Assembly (NCBI GenBank): GCA_965223425.1
Contig: OZ245003.1
Location: forward strand, 480,001 to 544,000
Source of the DNA: Nitrosopumilus sp.
GTDB taxonomy: Archaea; Thermoproteota; Nitrososphaeria; Nitrososphaerales; Nitrosopumilaceae
DNA length: 64,000 nucleotides
Reading direction: 5' to 3'
The stretch's first letter is position 1. The number at the start of each line of letters is the position of its first letter. The notes beneath the pieces were generated by a model, which was not told where the DNA came from, did no database searches, and saw only the letters and a program-made list of their open reading frames with translations. The position numbers were made by a program, and so were the translations under genes. This document shows positions 8,241-18,721 of this stretch, piece after piece.

Positions 8241-9740
8241 TTATGTTCTATCTTGTAGCAATTTCAACTTCCATTCTAGAAATTTTGGATCTAGCGGATA
8301 TTTCATATCGTGTCTTAGTCTTAATTCAGGAGTGACGTGACTAACCCACGACCTGACCTGATTGGTAGAGTTCTCACTGAGCAACTCTGATATTTCGACT
8401 CCAAAGTCTTGCTCTATGGTTATGAAGCCTTTTTCAAAGGCGACATCACACAATCTACATAGCAACAGTCCATTTTGTGGGTTCATGGAATTATATGGAT
8501 CTTTCCTTCTCATTATACGATATGGCACTATGTGTGCTCCGATCACATAGTCGTGAATCCCAAAGCCACACAGAGCACATTTTTCATAATCCTTTAACAG
8601 CTCGGCTCGAAACACTTCTTGTTTTTTCCTAACATATACCGTCCGCATCTCCCCGTTGGAGTAAAAGTTTCCCTTCCGTATCTCTTTTTCAACGTGGTCA
8701 TACACCTCATTATTCATAGCTATCTCATCAAGCCGCCATATTCCCACTCCTAATTTTTTGTCGCCTTTCTCGTCCCAATCAACCAAGATCTTCTTTTCTC
8801 TCAAGCGACTGATCTCATTTACCACCGCCTTGTAGAGTGGGTTTTTCGATTTGTCAGAACCATACAAAGAAACATCTATCCCAAGTTTGCTTGCCACCAG
8901 AGCATCAACTTCGGTTTTGGTATGCCATATGGACTCGTATTGTAATTCCTGATTGTCCGATCTGCCTTCAGCGTGCCTGTGCTCTTTTTCTTTTATGAGG
9001 GGCATGGTGCGTCCTTCACTAGTGAGGCATTCCCAAACGTGCATCCGGAGACCTGCATGGTCTATGGGAAGTTTAAGGGTGGCTGTACGAAGCACGTCAT
9101 AAAATGATCCATGTTTCTCCGATTCTATTCGTTCGACATCATCCTTGTTGAGTTTTTTGAGGAATCTTATCCATTCCTGCATCACCTTGATCATCATTGC
9201 TTTGTTATGATTTTTGAAAAACTTCATTGCATCCGGATTCAGGTCAATTCCTGCATTCAAATCTACGAATTTTCTATTCCTGTTGATCTCCCTACCAATT
9301 TCATACTTAAAGAATGCCCGTATCTCCGCCGTCTGTGGTATCTTAACCCTTTGGAATCTCCACGTCACATTATGGAAACATTTTTTTGCTATTTGCCTGA
9401 TGCATTTTTTAATTTTCTCAGGCTCTGATCTTTTAACATAGCTTAACGTATTGTTATAATACGAGTCATCGAATTGATCTTTTATTATGTTCATGATCTC
9501 CAGCGTTTGGCCTGCCTGTGGAATTTGTTTTATCTTCAACTTTGTCTGTGGCCAATAATATTTGAGAAAATATTCCGCAATGGTCAAATAATCCACATGT
9601 GTATCAGTATTGTCCCTACTGTAGTCTAGTAGAAATTTTGCAAATGCGAATTTGTAGGTATTGTCCTTGTTACTGTTGACTAGAATTTCTGATAAAATTC
9701 TCTCAAATTCCTTGGCTTGAAAAGTGTCAAAAACCAACAT
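8241..9740 (-). CDS. HNH endonuclease, putative restriction enzyme
   Basis: N-terminal NTYKFAFAKFLLD motif; C-terminal CALCG..GAHIVPY..NPQNGLLLCRLCD.AF. Confidence 0.8.
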   Translation of the reverse strand: MLVFDTFQAKEFERILSEILVNSNKDNTYKFAFAKFLLDYSRDNTDTHVDYLTIAEYFLKYYWPQTKLKIKQIPQAGQTLEIMNIIKDQFDDSYYNNTLSYVKRSEPEKIKKCIRQIAKKCFHNVTWRFQRVKIPQTAEIRAFFKYEIGREINRNRKFVDLNAGIDLNPDAMKFFKNHNKAMMIKVMQEWIRFLKKLNKDDVERIESEKHGSFYDVLRTATLKLPIDHAGLRMHVWECLTSEGRTMPLIKEKEHRHAEGRSDNQELQYESIWHTKTEVDALVASKLGIDVSLYGSDKSKNPLYKAVVNEISRLREKKILVDWDEKGDKKLGVGIWRLDEIAMNNEVYDHVEKEIRKGNFYSNGEMRTVYVRKKQEVFRAELLKDYEKCALCGFGIHDYVIGAHIVPYRIMRRKDPYNSMNPQNGLLLCRLCDVAFEKGFITIEQDFGVEISELLSENSTNQVRSWVSHVTPELRLRHDMKYPLDPKFLEWKLKLLQDRT

Positions 9741-9857
9741 TTTACTACCATATGCAATCGTAAATATGCTTTTTTAATGCAAATGCGATCTTCTGCTCTT
9801 CGTATTGAAAGAAAAATTCACTTAAATCACAAATGATTCCACTATGATATATTGGAC

Positions 9858-10616
9858 ATGCCAACTAGGAGCAGTATTACAAAGGGATCCCGTGTATTAA
9901 TCGAGACAAAGGAGAACCAGGGAACCGGTCGCCTCACAGAGGGCACAGTTAAAGAGATGTTGACTGCTGGCAACTCACACCCACACGGAATAAAGGTACG
10001 ACTTGATGATGGACAGGTTGGACGTGTCAAGCAGGTAACTGTAATGAAAGGAACTGTAAAACCACAATTTGTGGATCTGAGCAAAAAAGAGATCCCAAAA
10101 ACAGAAGACAAGTACAACGAATTCAAGGAATTCTACCAGTATGATGAAAAAATCGAAAGGCTATCAAGCGACAAGGAAAAATCTAACGCCATAGACGGCA
10201 TAAAGCACTCCGTACAAAAGAGATTTGCCATAGCTGTATGTTCCTTTGGAAATTCTCACAAAGGAGGTTTTGTATATTTGGGAATACGGTCAGATGGCTC
10301 GATAGCAGGATTAGATAGAGATAAAAAATTTGGCGGATTTTCAGACTATAATGACTCATTTGCAAATCATATCAAAGACAGACTAGAAGATTTCCTAAAG
10401 GATCGTGTATTCATTACAAGCAAGGTAGAGATGAGATTCCGAACCATTGACGATAAGACCATCTGTATAATTCAAGTACTTCCTGCAGACCGGCCCTTGT
10501 ATCTTAATGATAAAGAAAAGGCGTTCTTTGTAAGGGGGGCCTCACCTAGAGCAGAAAAGCTAGACGTCGAAGAACAGTTCAGATACATAAAAGAGAGATT
10601 TCCACATCATCACTGA
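9858..10616 (+). CDS. YwbE-like domain fused to Schlafen/AlbA_2 domain
   Basis: N-term TKENQGTGRLTEG.VKEMLT..SHPHGIKVRL.DGQVGRV (YwbE); C-term NEFKE..AVCSFGNS..GGFVYLGI..DG..FFVR (AlbA_2). Confidence 0.8.
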   Translation: MPTRSSITKGSRVLIETKENQGTGRLTEGTVKEMLTAGNSHPHGIKVRLDDGQVGRVKQVTVMKGTVKPQFVDLSKKEIPKTEDKYNEFKEFYQYDEKIERLSSDKEKSNAIDGIKHSVQKRFAIAVCSFGNSHKGGFVYLGIRSDGSIAGLDRDKKFGGFSDYNDSFANHIKDRLEDFLKDRVFITSKVEMRFRTIDDKTICIIQVLPADRPLYLNDKEKAFFVRGASPRAEKLDVEEQFRYIKERFPHHH

Positions 10617-10618
10617 TT

Positions 10619-11578
10619 ATGACTGATCTTTATCACAGCCCTCTGTTTGAGAATATTCGAGATTATCTCAGTAAGTGTGGCTCAGATGAGACCATTTTTC
10701 TCTTTGTACCGTATATCAAAACAAAGATTCTTGACAAGCTACTAGATGGCATACAAAACAGAATAGTCGTTGTTACTACTTGGAACCCAAAGGACATACA
10801 GTTTGGTTCTTCAGAGCTTGCCCTGTATCCGTATTGTAAGGAGCGAAATATTGCCCTGTATGTGAGTGAAAACATGCATCTCAAAGTATATTCCATTGGA
10901 CTGGAAAGTGCGATACTTGCTACGGGTAACATATCGCATAGGGGACTATTACCTGATGGAAACTATGAGGCTGCAACCGTGCTTGAACATCTAACCAATG
11001 ATGATAGATTATTCTTTGAAAAGATACGAAGAGAGGCAAGACTGGTAGATGATGCAATGTATGACGAGCTCAAAAAATGGAGTGAAGATAACCAGATAGA
11101 TCTACCAAAACAGGTTGCGTTGGAAGATATAATATCAAGTCCAAAAAAAGATGATTTTTTAATATCTGCCCTTCCAATGACGCGCAGTGTGGATGATCTT
11201 GTGTTGGGGTATAAGAGAATGTCTGCAGGACAAGTGCCGTCTGATGATTCAGAAATAACTGCGTGTATATTTCATGATCTAGCAAATTATGGCATTGCAG
11301 TGGGACTCTCAGAATCAGAGTTTATCCAAGAGCTGTCTGTCAAGTTTTTTGCACATCCATTCATCAAAAAGATTGACAAATTTATCTCTCCAGAAGCATA
11401 TTTTGGCAGAATCAAGGAATGGGTGCAGAACAACTGTACTGATGTGCCGGTGCCAAGCAGAAGGGAGCTGACCGGAAATGTACAGGTGTTGCTAGAATGG
11501 TTTGAGAAACTAGGAAATGGAAGATATCAGATTGATATTCCAGGCACAAGATCACAAAGGATTAGAAGACTATCATGA
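10619..11578 (+). CDS. Phospholipase-D-family (HKD-type) nuclease
   Basis: LFVPYIK, MHLKVYSIG, ILATGNISHRGL, GNYEA: single HxK motif as in BfiI/NgoFVII-type nucleases. Confidence 0.78.
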   Translation: MTDLYHSPLFENIRDYLSKCGSDETIFLFVPYIKTKILDKLLDGIQNRIVVVTTWNPKDIQFGSSELALYPYCKERNIALYVSENMHLKVYSIGLESAILATGNISHRGLLPDGNYEAATVLEHLTNDDRLFFEKIRREARLVDDAMYDELKKWSEDNQIDLPKQVALEDIISSPKKDDFLISALPMTRSVDDLVLGYKRMSAGQVPSDDSEITACIFHDLANYGIAVGLSESEFIQELSVKFFAHPFIKKIDKFISPEAYFGRIKEWVQNNCTDVPVPSRRELTGNVQVLLEWFEKLGNGRYQIDIPGTRSQRIRRLS

Positions 11579-11599
11579 TCAAAAGATGTTCATTGGAAA

Positions 11600-13219
11600 T
11601 TAGGGATTTGGATCATTATATCGCCATAGATCAGCAAAGTATTCGTCTGCAAGCTCTATTGATGGGAGTATGTCCAATATTCTAATAAGTTTAAACTGTT
11701 CTGTACCTCCCATACGTGGACCGCGCATTCCACGACCGATCATCTGTTGATGAAGTACAATTGATCTAGTTGGTCTTGCTATGAACACTACATCTATGTT
11801 GGGCGCATCAAATCCAACAGAAAAAACATTAACATTGCATATGCATTTTATTTTTCCTATTTTGAATTTTGATATTACATCACGTCTATATTCTATGGGA
11901 GTTTCACCATCAACATGTGCTGCATTTCCTCCTAATGCCAAAATTATGGCACACATTAATTTTGATTGTTTTATGTTTGGAGCAAAGTATAATATTTGAT
12001 TGTTATCTGCTATTAATTTTTTCAATCGCTCGGCAATTATAAAATTTCTTCTATTGTCATTAGCAATTTTATCTAATATTTCTAATGGAAGATCATGATC
12101 ATCTGCAAATTTTCTTCTTTGTTCTTGTGTTAAGATAAATTCTCTGTCGGATCTAATAGTTTCAGGTTCACAATATGCTAGATAACCCCTTGACTGGAGA
12201 TATGATATGTTATCCATATCACCTGAATCAATTTCTATTATTTCATCATTGAAATATTCCCTCAGTTTTTTATTTTCTGGATTTTCTACTCCCCTTATGG
12301 GAGTAGCGGTAAGACCAATTATTCTAGTGCCTTTTTCTTCTAAGTGTCGTATGACGTTTTTATGGGTGCGTGCTATAACATTATGTGCTTCATCAGCCAC
12401 CACCAATTCTGGTTGTGGGAAATTATTTGAATTTAACAAATTATTTAGTTTTTGATATGTAGCTACTATGAATGCATTGGGCTTAAAATTGTCTGGAATG
12501 TTTTTCCCCCATACTCGATATACATGTAAATCAGCCTTGCCCAAATGAGACCATATCTCTTTCATCGATATGATGGCCTGTTCACACAATTCTTCACGAT
12601 CAGCAAGCCAGACTACGTGTCTCTTTTTATTATCACCGATACCATTGTTTAAAAAATTACTCACTATCTCCAAAGCTGTTCGTGTTTTACCTGCACCCGT
12701 TGGCATTTTTATGATAAAACGCATCCATGGATTTTCTATCAATCTCATCGCATCATAGAAAATTTTACTTTGATATTCTTTCAGCATTAAAAGTGGTTTA
12801 TTAGACTGTATTACAAATTCAGTACTACGATCTTCTTCAATGTTTGGCACAAGGCTTTCATCGTATCCAAATTCTTCAATGAATGCTTGTGTCTCATCAT
12901 TATGTCCCCATGTTAGCTTTGAAGCTTTTTCAATTGAATTTTTGTACAATTCTTCATTTTGAGATGGAATTGATATGCCAACTCTGTGTAAAAATCTAAT
13001 GCATTTTTTTCTATCTGCATATCTCAAAAGTTTTAGACGAAATTCTGATTTTTTGTAGGACGATATATTTAACGCATGGTGAAGTTTTCCAAGAATCTCT
13101 TTTGTTTCTATGTCGAAATTTTCATCCGATGTTATTTTGTTGAGAATTAGGTTTAATGGATCCCAGTATTCACTTAGTGCAGTTTCTAATTCACTACGTG
13201 GTAGTTTATCATTTAACAT
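11600..13219 (-). CDS. SF2 DEAD/DEAH helicase (restriction-associated type)
   Basis: MPTGAGKT, VADEAH, GLTATP, GFDAPNID, QMIGRGMRG. Confidence 0.92.
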   Translation of the reverse strand: MLNDKLPRSELETALSEYWDPLNLILNKITSDENFDIETKEILGKLHHALNISSYKKSEFRLKLLRYADRKKCIRFLHRVGISIPSQNEELYKNSIEKASKLTWGHNDETQAFIEEFGYDESLVPNIEEDRSTEFVIQSNKPLLMLKEYQSKIFYDAMRLIENPWMRFIIKMPTGAGKTRTALEIVSNFLNNGIGDNKKRHVVWLADREELCEQAIISMKEIWSHLGKADLHVYRVWGKNIPDNFKPNAFIVATYQKLNNLLNSNNFPQPELVVADEAHNVIARTHKNVIRHLEEKGTRIIGLTATPIRGVENPENKKLREYFNDEIIEIDSGDMDNISYLQSRGYLAYCEPETIRSDREFILTQEQRRKFADDHDLPLEILDKIANDNRRNFIIAERLKKLIADNNQILYFAPNIKQSKLMCAIILALGGNAAHVDGETPIEYRRDVISKFKIGKIKCICNVNVFSVGFDAPNIDVVFIARPTRSIVLHQQMIGRGMRGPRMGGTEQFKLIRILDILPSIELADEYFADLWRYNDPNP

Positions 13220-13229
13220 CTATTACATC

Positions 13230-14969
13230 CTAATTTTTGTATGATTTTCTTAAGTGATAGCTCCACTTTACAAGGTGTTCTTCTACAGTGGTTCCAACAG
13301 ACTGTGTCCTAATCAAGTCATCAAGATCGTACTGACCTTCGGCATATGCATAGATGAGTCTGTCTATGTCATTTTTGAGTTCTTGAGCAAGTTTCTTAAG
13401 TTCAGAATTTTGTGGATCAGCAGATATAGATTCTATATCTTTGATCCTTCTATATACTTCAACAAAGAATGGATGACTCATGTTATAATGAACTACTTTT
13501 TTGCCTACGTCGTCTAATACGTCAATGAACGGACCATCTGAGCGAGCCTTGTGATCGTGTATAATTTTGTACGTTGTATCTGTGTCTGTCACTTCTTTTA
13601 CATAGTCTTCCTGTTCTTTTTTATTATCAAAGAGTTCTTCTGCGTGTTTTTGTGCGTTTTCTCTATTCTCGCCTTTAGAAGCAGATGTGGGTAACGGTGG
13701 GCTAATGCCTGTAAGAGTTACTTCTATGCCAGTATGGCTTTTCAACGATCCGGTTTCAGATTCGCTCTTTTTTTGATCTTCATCATTCCAGTCTTCTTCT
13801 ATGTCTTTCCTGAACTTGTTGATTATTGAGGGTTGAATCTTTTTCTGTAATATGTCTCTTAATTCTTTGAGGGGTCTAGCACCAATTTTTATGTTCTTCA
13901 CAGAAAACCAGTGATCAAGAATTGGTTCAAAATCAATCTCACACCCCCAAAACCTATCGACAGGTTTTAGTGCTGGTGAGAATCTAGATATTGGGCCATA
14001 ATAGACTTCCCGTCCATTTCTCAATATAGAAAATCCTTCATTTTCATGTACTTTTCTTTCAATACTGTATTTGCTTCTTCCACCATAGCCTTTCAAGTGA
14101 GCGTTTTTCTGTCCCTTTCTCAAAGATCTGGGAAGGATGGATGTTCTAATTGTTATCTTGCCTTTTCTTTCACCACTACTGGGAGCGTCTACATCATGCG
14201 TCTGATGCTCAAACACATGCTCGTCTTGAAGTGTTGCACGTTCATCTGTTGGAAATTTGGGATTTTTTGTAGCATACAAAGGATCATGTGATGTAACTAA
14301 TTCGTTATTTACTCCATCATCAATGAATATTTTTCTCACATTGTCATTTTTTGTGACTTTACCATCTTTGATTATCTCTTCGCCTATGAATTTACGATAT
14401 ATTCTGCCAAGACGATGTTTGAGCTCATCGAGATCGAATTCTGTATCAATTCGTTCAATTTTACTCCAGATTACTAATGTGCCATGATCTCCTACCAGAT
14501 CTTTATATTTGTCTGGGAGATTTTTTGATTCTCTAGGATGTAGGAATGGTTCTACATCATTATCTATTCCACTATTGTCTAAAAACGTGTAGTGCCAATT
14601 TCCCTGTTTTTGTCTAGAATATACCTCGATTTTATCACATACGTTGATTGCCCCCATAGTCATTCCAACTCCAAATCGGCCTATTCCTTTTCGATCATCA
14701 TATCTATCAGAGTAACCGATAACTAGACAATTCTGGAGTTTATCAGGATTCATTCCATATCCATCGTCTCCAAATGCTATGGTTACAGGACGAGGTTTTT
14801 GTTTGCGTGGAGGCGTATTCATCTCGAATTTAATCTTGATTTCTTTTGATTCTGCTTGAATCGAATTATCTACTACTTCATAGATAGCCGAGTAAGCATC
14901 AAAGTCATTATTGCGAAGAGATTTCAGAGCCGCACCTATGAGTATGGGTGATATGCCTTCTGCGCTCAT
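13230..14969 (-). CDS. GHKL/MORC-family ATPase
   Basis: EVVDNSIQA, DDGYGM, GIGRFGVGM, HGTLVIW. Confidence 0.9.
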   Translation of the reverse strand: MSAEGISPILIGAALKSLRNNDFDAYSAIYEVVDNSIQAESKEIKIKFEMNTPPRKQKPRPVTIAFGDDGYGMNPDKLQNCLVIGYSDRYDDRKGIGRFGVGMTMGAINVCDKIEVYSRQKQGNWHYTFLDNSGIDNDVEPFLHPRESKNLPDKYKDLVGDHGTLVIWSKIERIDTEFDLDELKHRLGRIYRKFIGEEIIKDGKVTKNDNVRKIFIDDGVNNELVTSHDPLYATKNPKFPTDERATLQDEHVFEHQTHDVDAPSSGERKGKITIRTSILPRSLRKGQKNAHLKGYGGRSKYSIERKVHENEGFSILRNGREVYYGPISRFSPALKPVDRFWGCEIDFEPILDHWFSVKNIKIGARPLKELRDILQKKIQPSIINKFRKDIEEDWNDEDQKKSESETGSLKSHTGIEVTLTGISPPLPTSASKGENRENAQKHAEELFDNKKEQEDYVKEVTDTDTTYKIIHDHKARSDGPFIDVLDDVGKKVVHYNMSHPFFVEVYRRIKDIESISADPQNSELKKLAQELKNDIDRLIYAYAEGQYDLDDLIRTQSVGTTVEEHLVKWSYHLRKSYKN

Positions 14970-14999
14970 TCTCTAATCTGCCATGTGCCCTTTTTTAAA

Positions 15000-15872
15000 T
15001 TATAGGTGGCAGACGGTACACGGGGTTTTCTCATCATCATCATCTAACACATCTGCCAAAACATCAACCAATGGCAAATTCTTTCTTTTTGACTTTGCTT
15101 TTTTGAGCTTTTCTTCATGCTTTTTCATTATGTCATCTCGTCTTTCCAACAGCTCTGTTAGGGTCTCTCCCTCAGACCATGTGTATTGTCTGCCTTTCAT
15201 ACCGCTTGATTTGAAATCAGCGTCTCCTGCAACACCTGCATCTTTAAGTATCTTTTGCTCTATTGCAACTGCGCGTTTGAACAAATCAGGATGATTGTCT
15301 GCAAGACCAACCCACTCTGCTTTGCGTTGAAAGAAGCAAAAATAACAACCAGAGCGTGTCCTCCACTTGTAATAATCAGGCAGGTTGATTCCTGCATCTT
15401 CTAGTATCTTTATGACACCGGTGTGATCAATGTCATCATCGATGAATGGAAATATTGTCTTGATATTTGGCTTGGTGGATACATACCCGGTTCTGCTTTT
15501 TTCATCAGAGCGAATTGCCACGTATGATGTTACTTCAGCGTCTCCAATCCAGTCCTCAAGTGGCTTTATCTTCAACATACTAGTACACCACCTCATCTGT
15601 GGAGATGGAAGTGTACCACGAAATACCTCAAAATAATGATCAAAACTTCGAGTAGAGTTTAGTTTTATGATTTTTTTGCCTAGGACGACTTCAAGCTTTG
15701 CAAGATAAGCATAGGTCTCTGGCAGTTCTGCACCTGTATCGCAGAAAAAATACTCCATGTCTGGAACTTTATCTCGCATGTATACAGCAAGGGCACTAGA
15801 ATCTTTACCTCCAGATATTCCGCAAACGTGTCTTGGCAATAACAATTGAAAAGATTCTAAGAATATAATCAT
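15000..15872 (-). CDS. sspD: PAPS-reductase-family phosphorothioation protein (SspD-like)
   Basis: PP-loop SGGKDS, DTGAE, RWCT..LKI.P, RSGCYFCFFQ, terminal CTVCHL; context with DUF4007, ATPase and desulfurase; start may be TTG 15839. Confidence 0.78.
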   Translation of the reverse strand: MIIFLESFQLLLPRHVCGISGGKDSSALAVYMRDKVPDMEYFFCDTGAELPETYAYLAKLEVVLGKKIIKLNSTRSFDHYFEVFRGTLPSPQMRWCTSMLKIKPLEDWIGDAEVTSYVAIRSDEKSRTGYVSTKPNIKTIFPFIDDDIDHTGVIKILEDAGINLPDYYKWRTRSGCYFCFFQRKAEWVGLADNHPDLFKRAVAIEQKILKDAGVAGDADFKSSGMKGRQYTWSEGETLTELLERRDDIMKKHEEKLKKAKSKRKNLPLVDVLADVLDDDDEKTPCTVCHL

Positions 15873-16035
15873 TATTATCTAAATTCCAAATAAAAGGTAG
15901 ATCCGGCGTGGAATTTCGGAGTTGCAAGCATGGTGCCTAAAACTCTCAGATGGGTATTATTCACGTCTAAATTTAGTCTTGAGAAAAGTTATCGAACATA
16001 CCATATTGAAGACAAACCTTTAAACTTGAAAATAG

Positions 16036-17817
16036 TTGTTTACTAGCAACATGGGTAACATCTGCCATTCAGAAACAGATCCACTTGGTACTATATTGGA
16101 TGGTAGAACTAGTTTTATCGTTCCAAATTATCAAAGAGCATATAGTTGGGGAAACGATAAAGTTAACGAACTTTGGGAAGATCTTGTAGATGGCTATGCT
16201 AGTGATCCCAATCATTTGTATCTGTTAGGTCCGATTGTTGTAGTAAAACTGCCAGGTACAAGGATATTGAATGAGATTGTTGACGGACAACAACGTTTGG
16301 TTACTCTTACGCTGTTATTTTGTGCCTTGCGTAACTCACTAGCAGAACATGAACCAAACAACGAGTTTGATAAAAAAGATTATACGGATTTGATAGATGA
16401 AATTAACAAATCAATAAGAACAGATGCTAAACAGCCATTAATCAAACTGAATAATAAAGATGATAATGATGTTTTTACAGATATTTGTAATGCAAAAAAC
16501 CCATTACAAAATACAACATCGAATACATCGCTAACTGCTAATTATGACATATTATTAAAACTGGCTAGAGAATTATGTAAAAAACGTTTTGATAAGGAAA
16601 ATGATAGGGATGCGATACGCAGTATCAGAAAGACATTTTGCACTATAAAGAATAACACTAATTTCATATATGTTACTATTCAAGACGAAGATTACTCATA
16701 TCAAGTTTTTCAATCTTTGAATTCCAAAGGTCAGAAGCTTAATCAAGCTGATCTAATTAAAAGCATTCTTTTGAACAAAGCGCCCGACAAGGTAACGGAT
16801 AGATGGGATGCAATAATGAGTTCTAAACCAATCAAGAAAAATCCTGATGATTTTCTGTACTATTCAATGTTGTCTAGAACATGTCCCAAATCAGATGGAT
16901 CAGACGAAGTGCTAAAAATAAAAATGTCTAGCAGAATAAAAAGCAAATGTAAAAATCCGACAGATGTGGAGGAATATTTAAAAGAACTCTCAGAAGATTC
17001 GCGCATAATAGAAGTGTTAAACAGACCCGAGACCCTGCGTTCAGAAGATAAATATGATTTAGACTTTATACATTTTTTTTATGGAATACAACAAATCAAC
17101 GCAAAATATTTTCGGAGGCCTATAATTACTGCATATAGAGAATGGGGATCTTCAAACAGTGATACTAAACTTCTGATAGGCTGTCTTTTAAAATTCTTCT
17201 TCATGTACCGAACAATTTCTAAATTGGACATAGATCTGTTAAAACGAATTGCTAGAGATGTGACATGCCATATTCTGAATGGAAAAAAACTAGATGAGAT
17301 TTTATACACTATACTGAAGAGTGAAAAACCAGGTGTCGAAGATAACATTAACCAAGATGATTTCATGAATGAGTTCAAAAATAACATAAATAATTTAAAA
17401 ACCTCGGTTGCTACCTACATACTTTATTCATTAGAAAAAAAACTTCATGATGATCAAGGTACACACATAGAATTCAACAAATATCACATAGAGTACATAT
17501 TTCCAAAAAATCCCGATTATGAAAAATGGGCTAACAAAGATGAATTAGACGATCATAAAAATCGACTAGGCAACCTAACATTACTAGATATGAAGTGGAA
17601 TGCTACTATGAAAAACTACAGCTTTGAGGATAAGCGCAATAAAGGAACTAGATGTTATCTGGAATCAGGTTTGGAATTGAATAAAAAATATCTTAGAAAA
17701 TATGAACGATGGGGAATAGAAGAAATCGAAAAACGTGAAAAAGAATTGATTGAATGTGCAAGTGGAATCTGGAATCTAGCCGAGTATCTTCAACTAGCAA
17801 AAAAACCCCAAGATTGA
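16036..17817 (+). CDS. DUF262-DUF1524 protein (GmrSD/SspE-like)
   Basis: VPNYQRAYSW, IVDGQQRLVT, FQSLNSKG..L..ADLIK; C-term IEYIFP..RLGNLTLL..N; ATG start may be 16051. Confidence 0.85.
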   Translation: MFTSNMGNICHSETDPLGTILDGRTSFIVPNYQRAYSWGNDKVNELWEDLVDGYASDPNHLYLLGPIVVVKLPGTRILNEIVDGQQRLVTLTLLFCALRNSLAEHEPNNEFDKKDYTDLIDEINKSIRTDAKQPLIKLNNKDDNDVFTDICNAKNPLQNTTSNTSLTANYDILLKLARELCKKRFDKENDRDAIRSIRKTFCTIKNNTNFIYVTIQDEDYSYQVFQSLNSKGQKLNQADLIKSILLNKAPDKVTDRWDAIMSSKPIKKNPDDFLYYSMLSRTCPKSDGSDEVLKIKMSSRIKSKCKNPTDVEEYLKELSEDSRIIEVLNRPETLRSEDKYDLDFIHFFYGIQQINAKYFRRPIITAYREWGSSNSDTKLLIGCLLKFFFMYRTISKLDIDLLKRIARDVTCHILNGKKLDEILYTILKSEKPGVEDNINQDDFMNEFKNNINNLKTSVATYILYSLEKKLHDDQGTHIEFNKYHIEYIFPKNPDYEKWANKDELDDHKNRLGNLTLLDMKWNATMKNYSFEDKRNKGTRCYLESGLELNKKYLRKYERWGIEEIEKREKELIECASGIWNLAEYLQLAKKPQD

Positions 17818-18157
17818 TCATGTGATCATTTTATCTTAGATGCTAGCTCATCAAATTCTTTTTTGGAGACTGTCAGACAGAACAGTACTTTGTTGGGTTT
17901 TTTTGCATTTTTTATCATAGGGTAGAATTTTATGGTGTACATGTTGTCCTTTTTTATAATCTCGTATGGCCTCTCGCCTATCTTATTTCGCACTTGATGT
18001 CTTAACTGGCATGTGATTTTATAGTTTTACAATAGACAGGCGAATTCGGCCTTGAATATTATTATACTAGTTTATCGTACTATAACTTACCGTATCCGAA
18101 ACCTCTGGACTATCCGATAAAGATGGGGAATCGGGGGCATGATTGTGGATACGGCTT

Positions 18158-18721
18158 TTATTTTAAATTCTCATTGAGCTTTTCTTTGATCCATTCTGTC
18201 GAATCTAGATGAATCAACCCGTCAATATTCATCTCATCATTATTTGCCCATGCAACAAGATCCGATAGGGTATGAATGAAGGCATTTTTAGAATGACATA
18301 GATTGTTATCTACGACAAATCCTAGACAGTCTAAATCACATTGAAAATTAATACGTGATAATTCTTCTTTATGACTCGTTGTAAATTTGGTAATATCTTC
18401 ATGGATGAATTTGTATAGCAAGTGGTTGTACCTGCGATGTATTGCACGGTATCTAGTGGGACTGATTTTCTTTTTGGCGTTCTCAATTATGTCGTGTTTG
18501 TCCAACCGTATACAAAGCGCAATGTTTTCTCTGTAGTTAAATTCAAGTTTGGATGCAAGCTCTCTACGCATTCTGCTGGTTTTAAGTGTAGCAGAATGGA
18601 TTTTATTTATTTCTAAATTTTTAATCATGGCAACAAGATTTTCTTCTACTCCGACTACAAGTCCCATATATTTCGAGTCGTCATTAGGTCTTCCAGAAAG
18701 ATCCATTCCTCCAACAAGCAT
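18158..18721 (-). CDS. Hypothetical protein, possible RNase H fold (DUF3800-like)
   Basis: N-terminal GMDLSG, central D, C-terminal LSDLVAW; starts 4 bp after sspC-like stop. Confidence 0.5.
   Translation of the reverse strand: MLVGGMDLSGRPNDDSKYMGLVVGVEENLVAMIKNLEINKIHSATLKTSRMRRELASKLEFNYRENIALCIRLDKHDIIENAKKKISPTRYRAIHRRYNHLLYKFIHEDITKFTTSHKEELSRINFQCDLDCLGFVVDNNLCHSKNAFIHTLSDLVAWANNDEMNIDGLIHLDSTEWIKEKLNENLK

Noticed and set aside
17827-18013. Short minus-strand frame (..RPYEIIKKDNMYTIKFYP..)
   Set aside because: No in-frame start without a frameshift and no recognisable family; at most a small pseudogene
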